A stretch of DNA of 64,000 nucleotides. It comes from a virus. The first letter of the stretch is position 1; each line of letters begins with the position of its first letter. Positions 57,440-64,000 of this stretch are shown in pieces. The DNA is taken from IMG/VR virus record IMGVR_UViG_3300001533_002283, positions 96,001 to 160,000 of that record; one strand, 5' to 3'. The position numbers and the translations under genes are program-made. The notes beneath the pieces are model-generated. The model did no database searches. It saw only the letters and a program-made list of their open reading frames with translations, and was not told the origin of the DNA.

Positions 57440-57943
57440 TTAGGCGGGCCAGTTGGCGTTTGGTAAATCGGCGAGGGCGGGCGGCGAGGCGAGGAGGGCG
57501 GCTTCTTTCGCGAAGCACGCGGCGATGTGGGCGAATATCGCCGCGACGATTACGAGGATGTCGGCGGCGGTAAGGGGGACGAACACACCGTCGAGGGTTT
57601 TCCAACCCTGCACGAGGCCGGGGTTAGCTTGGGCTTGGCCCTGCATCGCGAGCCACATCACGCGGTTTTCGCGCGTCGTGTCGAAGCGGTGGCGACCGGA
57701 GGAGACGGTTACCGCCACACCGCCGGTCTCGACGCCGTAGCGGAAGGCGGCGATGTCGGCAGGTGTGGCGAGTGGAACAGGCGGGTTGGCGATGTCGTGC
57801 TCGACGTTCTGCGGGCTCGGCGTAGTGGCGGAGCGGATACCGATGGTGCGGCCGTCGGCGGTGGCGATGATGTAGCTGCCGTCCTCGTGGCCGGTGACGG
57901 TGCCGAGGCTGCAAGTGTAGGACTCGAAGGGTGTTTCGCTCAT
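57440..57943 (-). CDS. DUF4376-like tail-fibre-associated protein
   Basis: R...ETGGV.V....FDT......WKT.DG.FV.LTA....A...HI.ACF..E pattern. Confidence 0.75.
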   Translation of the reverse strand: MSETPFESYTCSLGTVTGHEDGSYIIATADGRTIGIRSATTPSPQNVEHDIANPPVPLATPADIAAFRYGVETGGVAVTVSSGRHRFDTTRENRVMWLAMQGQAQANPGLVQGWKTLDGVFVPLTAADILVIVAAIFAHIAACFAKEAALLASPPALADLPNANWPA

Positions 57944-57948
57944 GGTAA

Positions 57949-59919
57949 TTAGACGCTGTGGCCGGTGATGGTTGTGCGGATGGGGTCGGCGGTGGAGGAG
58001 CCGACCCAGACGTTTGCGGTGGCGGTTTTGCGAGTGACGAGCGCGGGCGTGTTGATGCCGGCGGCGAGGGCTCCGCTGGCCTTGTATTGAGCCCCGCCCG
58101 ATGCGCTGCCGACCGTCGTGGTGGGCGTGCCGGTCTCCGGCCTCTGCTCGATGCTGTCGAGGACGTCGCGGGCGGCGTTGAGGAACGAACCGCCGAGGAG
58201 TTGCTCGTTGCCGGAGGTCGCGGTGTGAACGGTGAGCTCCCAGTCCTTACGGGTCGTCACCGGAGTGATCCCGACGAGGCGGGCGGGGTTGTCGCCGAGG
58301 AAGGTGCCGTCACCGAGCGCGGCGATGGGTAGGACTACGGGCAGGGAAAGGGCACTTTCCACCCGTCCTCTGACGTCCGCGATATAGGCCGTGCCCGCCG
58401 ATACGGTGCGGAACAACATCGACCCCACTGGGGTCGGATTTGTAATGCTGACGGTTATCTGCGTCCACGCATCTTTGACATTCCTCGCGCCGGTTATGAC
58501 CAATCCGTTCGGTGTCGCGATGCCGTTCCCTAGCACTTGCACGTCGGGCTGACCACTGGAAACGTAATACCAAACTGTGAAAACCGTTTTACGAAGATAG
58601 GTTTCCGAGGTAATCCAGCTATACCCATTGTTGGCTGAAGTAGTAAACTTTATAGCCTTTGTGGCTCCGGTCGGGTGGGAGGGCAAGCTGTCGGGGTTGG
58701 CAACGAGATCGTAGATGGACTGGGTAAAGCTAGTTTGTGCGAACATTCGGCACAGAAACCCTACCCCTATAAAAACAGTAGGGGTCTGACCGTCCGTAAA
58801 GTCTTCCGTCCAAACCCCCCCACCTAAAGCCACCCACACCGGAGGCCGCCCCGTGATGCGCCACGCTTCGCTCTCCGCGTCGGTGAGGTGGGCGTTAATC
58901 CAGCATCCGAGCGGGGCGGGACCGGCGGGCCAGTTGAGGCCGGTGACGTGGTTGGTCGCAACGAGGGAGGCGCTCAGCCAGTCGGGATCGGTGCCCGCGC
59001 CATCGGCGGCGGTGCCTGCGATTACTGTGCCGTTTACGCTCACAACCGGGGCCGAGGTGCCCGCCGTGATGCGCACCTCCAGCCAGATGCGTTGACCCGA
59101 AAAGTTGGTGCGAAGCGCGGAGCAGGTGAAGGTGCGAAAGTCGGTCGCGGGGGTCGCGCCGTTCGCGCGGACTACGAGGTCGTTCGTGATCCACGCAATG
59201 CCGAGGCTCCAAGCGGTGGCGGATGCGAGCGCGGTGGACGAGGAGGAGATGCCGGCGATTTCGGCGGTCGAGGAGGCGGTTGGCACCGTCACCCACCCGA
59301 CCCAAGAGGCCAGCGTAGCCCCGGCGAGGTTGCCACGCGGGCCGGGGGTCTGGATTTGGCCGCGGTTGGAGGTGGCCCCGTCGCTCCAGAGGTAGTCGGC
59401 GGCATCGCGATACCCGTCGCCCGTTTCTAATTGCCCCACCGTCGCCGCATTTCCCGCCGCCGTGCCGCCGATGCCGGGAACGGTGCCTGCTGTCGTGTCC
59501 GTCGCAGCAACTGCGCCTTGGTCAACTTGATTTGGGCCGTAGCTGCCGCTGTGGAAAATGCGCCGGATGACGAGCCCCTCCTGCGAGTATGCAGTCCCGC
59601 CGATTGTCGCGGTGCCGTTGCGGACGACGACTTCAAAGCCCTTGCCCTCGACCGGCACGGCAGGGTCGGTGTAGGTCGCGGTGGCCACGTTGTGGTAGAC
59701 CGTATCAACCTCGGCTTGCTGGTTCGCGGAGACGACGACGGGGGTGTTGGATTTGGCGTTTAATGCAGTTTGAGTCGCACTACTAATCGGTTTGTTAACA
59801 TCACTAGTATTATCAACATTTTGAAGGCCCAAAGCGGTTTTTCCGACTGTTGGATTAACATTGCTTAATGTTTTCGTCGCCGCCCCAATTGCATCTGGTT
59901 TATCAATATTATATGCCAT
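57949..59919 (-). CDS. Fibre or receptor-binding-like virion protein (chimeric, mostly GC-rich)
   Basis: N-terminal LGLQNVDNTSDVNKPISSATQTALNAK fibre motif; beta-rich body; followed by a DUF4376-like gene. Confidence 0.72.
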   Translation of the reverse strand: MAYNIDKPDAIGAATKTLSNVNPTVGKTALGLQNVDNTSDVNKPISSATQTALNAKSNTPVVVSANQQAEVDTVYHNVATATYTDPAVPVEGKGFEVVVRNGTATIGGTAYSQEGLVIRRIFHSGSYGPNQVDQGAVAATDTTAGTVPGIGGTAAGNAATVGQLETGDGYRDAADYLWSDGATSNRGQIQTPGPRGNLAGATLASWVGWVTVPTASSTAEIAGISSSSTALASATAWSLGIAWITNDLVVRANGATPATDFRTFTCSALRTNFSGQRIWLEVRITAGTSAPVVSVNGTVIAGTAADGAGTDPDWLSASLVATNHVTGLNWPAGPAPLGCWINAHLTDAESEAWRITGRPPVWVALGGGVWTEDFTDGQTPTVFIGVGFLCRMFAQTSFTQSIYDLVANPDSLPSHPTGATKAIKFTTSANNGYSWITSETYLRKTVFTVWYYVSSGQPDVQVLGNGIATPNGLVITGARNVKDAWTQITVSITNPTPVGSMLFRTVSAGTAYIADVRGRVESALSLPVVLPIAALGDGTFLGDNPARLVGITPVTTRKDWELTVHTATSGNEQLLGGSFLNAARDVLDSIEQRPETGTPTTTVGSASGGAQYKASGALAAGINTPALVTRKTATANVWVGSSTADPIRTTITGHSV

Positions 59920-59970
59920 AAGTTTTATGCTTGCTTAATTTTTATTCTATATTGATTCTCCATTACCTTA

Positions 59971-61968
59971 TTATTCCTTTACAGAATTTTCTTCCATTTT
60001 AGAAACTTTGGAGTGTAAAAGAATCGCGGCGTTGTAACGATCTAATTCTAAATTGGTAGAAACTTCTGCCACCCTTTCAACAAAGGCCGCATCCTCCGTC
60101 ATTTTTTCATCCTGAATGAATGAAGCGAGGGCTGTTTCCCACGCATTTTTAACATTAGAAGATATAATGTTCTTAGCTATACCGAACGCTACATCTTTTT
60201 GTGCATCATTAAGTTTCTTCACCCCGTATTTCTTCTTCAACAATCCTTCCGCTACCTGTTCTAACTTAGACGCTTCCGCATAAACCCCTTGAATTTCCTT
60301 CAATGAATAAAGTTCGTCAATGGAGGCTTTGCCGCTGCCCGTCACCCCGACATTTTTAGTAGTTTGTGGGGCTTTCGTGCCACCGGGCCGACCATTCTCT
60401 TGTTTCGCGCCGCCAAGTAAGGGATTGAACAATCCTTTATCCCTCAACTTTTTATACTCGCCCTGTTTCTCTTCCATTTCATTAACATCTGGGTATAAAC
60501 CAGACTCCAGAGTTTCAATAGCTTGTTCGCCCGTGATAATACCAATCTCGGCAAGGCGAGTAACAACCTTGGCGAATTGCACCTCATCTTTTAAATCTAC
60601 CTGTTCAAACTTGGGGGTGGGGCAATCGCGGAATCCCATATCGTCGCAAATCTTTTGCATTTCAGGAATAAGGAAATTGTTAAGAAAACATTCTTGGCCC
60701 TCGCTTAATCTCTCCAAAAATACTTTCGTCTTGATAAATTGATTAGCAAACTTTTCGCTACCGTGTAGGATATTCTGTAGTCCCTCTTTAATATCATTAT
60801 CTACCACCTGATATTTCTCAGGCCCAAGAATATCTTCTAATTTAGGAATAACGAACTCCGCCTTGGTAGTATAGTCACTAACAATAACTCGACCCGCCGC
60901 TTGTGAACGAAATAATTCTTGCATGGCGGCAATATTCTTATAGTTGATACCACCCTTGTCCTTTTCCGCGCCCATCGTTACTAACAAAATGATATTTTCC
61001 ACCGTGCGGCTTAACGCCATATCCATTTTCTTAAGACTCAGCTTCCATTCAATATCGGGTAGAACGGGATAACCCATCGGAATAGCGAAGGGTTCATAAC
61101 TTTGTTTCTTATAAAAAATTGAATAAACATCCTCAGACTTTAACGGCATATAGATATTCTGCCAGCCGGTTCCGCCCATGTCGATTTGTTTTAGAATGTA
61201 TGCGGGTAAGGCCGCTCTTAACGCTTTCTCCTCGTCTGTTTTGGGCTTTCTAATTTTTTCAATTTCAAAGGTGGAAAGTAACTTTACATAGGAAAAGTCA
61301 TAAGAAACTACACCTTGCGCGGCAACAGTAACGGGATTAACAATGATATACTTTACTGGAATTTGATTCTTACTGATTCCCGCCGCTTGGAGTTTGATAT
61401 AATCGGTGATGGAAAATTGACCGTTGACTTTATAGATGAATACATTGCCCGAGCGGTAATATTCCCGAAAGAACTCTTCTTTGAATTGATAAAGTCCCAC
61501 TTTCTGAAACCACTTCTCGAAAAACCTGCGAGATGCGGCACTGCCCCCGCGAAGGTGAAGTTTTGAGTTGCTGAACTCTGTCATTACATCAATAGTGTTT
61601 TTAAACACGCTAACGTTGGCATAAGCGAGTTGGCATAGGTAGATTGCATCACTTACGGTAATATTCCCATTGTTATTGGCGTAAGGCAAGAATCCAGAGC
61701 GAAGATTGGCGAAATTCTGTTGGTTTGTTATGCCAGATTGGGGAGAAACTGTCCAGCCGCTACGGTTGGAGGTAGTTCCGCTATAGCAACTTGCCTCGCC
61801 AACATGGAATGGCACTCCGATGGTTTCAAAATTGATAGTTTGCGCGTTAGCTTGTTCAGTGGCAGAATTAAAACTTGTGACAGTGCTTGTCCCCGCCCCC
61901 ATACCCACATTTCCGCTCTCCTTGCGTTTTTCCCAATAGTCTGACTTTTTGTTATACGAGCGCGGCAT
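59971..61968 (-). CDS. Portal protein
   Basis: Follows the terminase gene; YRSGNVFIY, I.H/Y..K..Y...A.P, FEQVDLKDE, GRP tail. Confidence 0.82.
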   Translation of the reverse strand: MPRSYNKKSDYWEKRKESGNVGMGAGTSTVTSFNSATEQANAQTINFETIGVPFHVGEASCYSGTTSNRSGWTVSPQSGITNQQNFANLRSGFLPYANNNGNITVSDAIYLCQLAYANVSVFKNTIDVMTEFSNSKLHLRGGSAASRRFFEKWFQKVGLYQFKEEFFREYYRSGNVFIYKVNGQFSITDYIKLQAAGISKNQIPVKYIIVNPVTVAAQGVVSYDFSYVKLLSTFEIEKIRKPKTDEEKALRAALPAYILKQIDMGGTGWQNIYMPLKSEDVYSIFYKKQSYEPFAIPMGYPVLPDIEWKLSLKKMDMALSRTVENIILLVTMGAEKDKGGINYKNIAAMQELFRSQAAGRVIVSDYTTKAEFVIPKLEDILGPEKYQVVDNDIKEGLQNILHGSEKFANQFIKTKVFLERLSEGQECFLNNFLIPEMQKICDDMGFRDCPTPKFEQVDLKDEVQFAKVVTRLAEIGIITGEQAIETLESGLYPDVNEMEEKQGEYKKLRDKGLFNPLLGGAKQENGRPGGTKAPQTTKNVGVTGSGKASIDELYSLKEIQGVYAEASKLEQVAEGLLKKKYGVKKLNDAQKDVAFGIAKNIISSNVKNAWETALASFIQDEKMTEDAAFVERVAEVSTNLELDRYNAAILLHSKVSKMEENSVKE

Positions 61969-62030
61969 AGTTAGCAATACAAGGAAAGTGGGCGAAAGTG
62001 AAATTAAAAGTGAGAATTTGTTACTTTCGG

Positions 62031-63914
62031 TTAGATTGCGAACGGTGTAAATGTATCGGGAACATCTTCTTCGATAATTTCTCGTGAAGCCAAATACATT
62101 TTGGTAGCCCAGTTGGCGAGCAACAGCGCGGAGTAACCGTCTTTTCGGATTCTATCCGGATTTTTACTTCTACGGAAATTCAACGGCAAATCCCAAGATT
62201 GCGAACCGAGTGCGCTAGACGACACTTCAATCATCGCACATTGTTGCTTCAACTTATCCATCAAAGTGTCTTGCCATTCAATGAATTGATTAACCGACAT
62301 ATCTTTATAATATTCGTGCTGGCTTAACATTCCTATATCTGCGTCGAGAGCCCGCGCGCCCTCTGTTTCATTGGCGGTTAACTTACCCGCGAAGAAAAGA
62401 CGCTTAAAGTCCAAACACCCTTGCATATATTCGTTGGCGGATTTAGTGAAAGTCCCACCGAATGGTTGTTTATGGACGATTCTGCCCGACTCTTTATTAT
62501 AAGATTGGCGAATTTCTTTCGGAGTCTCGCTTTGGTCATCGCGTTTAAAATCCGCTTGAATATCAACGATATTGACTTTGTTGTTTTTGAAAAGTTGAGA
62601 GTTGTTGGCGGAGGTGATAAACTCATTATCGCCCTGTGAAGAGTCGATAGAAATATAGATGATGTTAAAGTTTTTTAGTAAGAAATAAAGGTATAGAATG
62701 TGATCTTGGAAGTTACCACCCGCGACCATATAGTTGTGGACAACCATTGGGACTATCTCATCACCCTTTTTAATTAACTTTACTACCACCATTGCAAAAT
62801 AGTCGCTGTATTCGGCGCTGGAAAAGGAAGGGTCAATACCTAAAACGTATTCATCACCGGGAGTTCCGATAACTTCAATGCAAGGCGACTTACCATCTTC
62901 AATAGTGCATTCTTTCATTTTTTTAGCACTAAAGTAGGAATCGGAATCAGCGGTAAAGATAGCCCTATACTCTCGGTTGAAAACGGATTCGGAGGTTTGG
63001 CCGTTTTTGGCTTCCTCAATGGTTTTCATATTAACTAGACCATCGGGGGCGGCTTCGTAACTGAGGCGAGAAACAAAATATCTTGCTCCGTCAAACTCAA
63101 TGGTTTTCTTTTCTTCTGTTTCCGTAAAAGTCCCTAAGATTTTCCCCTTCCAATTGCAATACTCCCTATACATATCTTCGAACTGATAACCAGCGGAAGA
63201 AAGGTTAATCACCTTAATATCGCTCTCCATTTTCGCCCGCTCACTCTCCAACATTCTACCCTCTTTAATCAAACGATCTTCCTCTCTTTTTATCCTAAGT
63301 TGTTCTTTGATATTGTTATTTGCTGAGAGGAACGGCTGGACTATAGACAGGAGGATTTCTGAGCTTAAGAAATTTCGCTCATCCACAATTACGGTTTCCG
63401 CACGAATACCACGGAGTTTTTTACCGTCGCCAAGAGGAACGCAAAGAACACTGGCTCCATTTGGCAGCACCCATTTCCACTCATCGTTTTTGCGATTCAT
63501 GTCTTTGGGGAAACAATTTTTTAGCAAGCCATTTTCGTCTTCTTTTACAAATGACTCAACCTGTTCTAGAATGCGGCGAGAAGCACGGAAAGCAAAGGAG
63601 ATAATTACAATGCGACAACGGGGGTTAAATAAGGCCCAAAACAAACAAAACATTGCCGCCATATAGCTCTTACCATTGCCACGACCCATCACCGTGAGAG
63701 AATAATGATTTCTCATCCAACCCTTCATGATGATTTCTTGCATGGGGAACATTTCCATTCCGCCAAGGATATTCAAGGTAAGTCCCGGATTTGCGAAAAG
63801 AAATTCCGCGAGGGTGGCCATTGCCTCTTCGTCGGATAACTCGCCCTCCAATTTTCTCATTTCCGCATTAACGTCCTTATGCGGGCGTCCTTTGGCTAAT
63901 CCCGCTTCCCACAT
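62031..63914 (-). CDS. terL: Terminase large subunit
   Basis: MFPMQ (Q motif), GRGNGKS (Walker A), LRG.R...IVDE (Walker B), LSSA, F.REY.A.F, LGIDP and KDGYSA nuclease motifs. Confidence 0.92.
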   Translation of the reverse strand: MWEAGLAKGRPHKDVNAEMRKLEGELSDEEAMATLAEFLFANPGLTLNILGGMEMFPMQEIIMKGWMRNHYSLTVMGRGNGKSYMAAMFCLFWALFNPRCRIVIISFAFRASRRILEQVESFVKEDENGLLKNCFPKDMNRKNDEWKWVLPNGASVLCVPLGDGKKLRGIRAETVIVDERNFLSSEILLSIVQPFLSANNNIKEQLRIKREEDRLIKEGRMLESERAKMESDIKVINLSSAGYQFEDMYREYCNWKGKILGTFTETEEKKTIEFDGARYFVSRLSYEAAPDGLVNMKTIEEAKNGQTSESVFNREYRAIFTADSDSYFSAKKMKECTIEDGKSPCIEVIGTPGDEYVLGIDPSFSSAEYSDYFAMVVVKLIKKGDEIVPMVVHNYMVAGGNFQDHILYLYFLLKNFNIIYISIDSSQGDNEFITSANNSQLFKNNKVNIVDIQADFKRDDQSETPKEIRQSYNKESGRIVHKQPFGGTFTKSANEYMQGCLDFKRLFFAGKLTANETEGARALDADIGMLSQHEYYKDMSVNQFIEWQDTLMDKLKQQCAMIEVSSSALGSQSWDLPLNFRRSKNPDRIRKDGYSALLLANWATKMYLASREIIEEDVPDTFTPFAI

Positions 63915-63918
63915 AATG

Positions 63919-64000
63919 TTAAATTAACCCCTTTCCAAACAATCTTTCCTTCGCAATATTAAAATATTTTTCTTCCTTTTCTATTCCTAAGAATCGCCGA
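63919..64000 (-). CDS. C-terminal fragment of a DNA N4/N6 methyltransferase
   Basis: Manual translation RRFLGIEKEEKYFNIAKERLFGKGLI*, typical of the beta-class methyltransferase C-terminus. Confidence 0.65.
   Translation of the reverse strand, partial: RRFLGIEKEEKYFNIAKERLFGKGLI

Larger units (their letters stand above)
57330..59760. other. GC-rich horizontally acquired cassette
   Basis: Abrupt change to GC-rich sequence with many shadow ORFs; both junctions fall inside or at the start of coding sequences. Confidence 0.85.

Noticed and set aside
57339-59786. Many overlapping Arg/Gly-rich ORFs
   Set aside because: These are shadow ORFs caused by high GC content.
1-64000. Stop-codon reassignment
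   Set aside because: Long genes are intact in the standard code with dense packing, and TAG ends genes normally (16044, 18307).
1-64000. CRISPR array, tRNA or rRNA genes, integrase, transposase
   Set aside because: None was recognisable by eye and intergenic gaps are short. tRNAscan was not run.

Overview
This window is 64 kb of a large, AT-leaning dsDNA tailed-phage genome in the standard genetic code. It is probably siphovirus-like, since there is a 2026-aa tape measure and no sheath gene in the window. (i) 1-14.4 kb, minus strand: class II ribonucleotide reductase, two homing-endonuclease-like genes and a nucleotide-sugar/glycosylation cluster (four glycosyltransferases, an RmlD-like reductase, a ColD-type PLP dehydratase, two SAM methyltransferases). 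(ii) 14.7-25.6 kb, plus strand: a wHTH plus PolA-like protein, NADAR, a sigma factor, a Tad1 homologue, SSB, a Rad52-like recombinase and three more glycosyltransferases. (iii) 25.6-64 kb, minus strand: the morphogenesis block (terminase, portal, a GC-rich fibre cassette, protease/scaffold, cement, capsid, neck, tail tube, chaperones, tape measure, tail-tip proteins), ending in a Ser/Thr-rich protein and an eighth glycosyltransferase. The leading hypothesis is a phage-encoded virion O-glycosylation system: eight glycosyltransferases, rare-sugar synthesis, and strong [S/T]-G dipeptide enrichment in outer virion proteins as a candidate sequon. Two recurrent cis motifs were also seen: CTGTA(A/T), a candidate late promoter, and TAACAC-N(1-6)-ATG, a non-Shine-Dalgarno start context. 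All family calls come from motifs recognised by eye; no database search was run.
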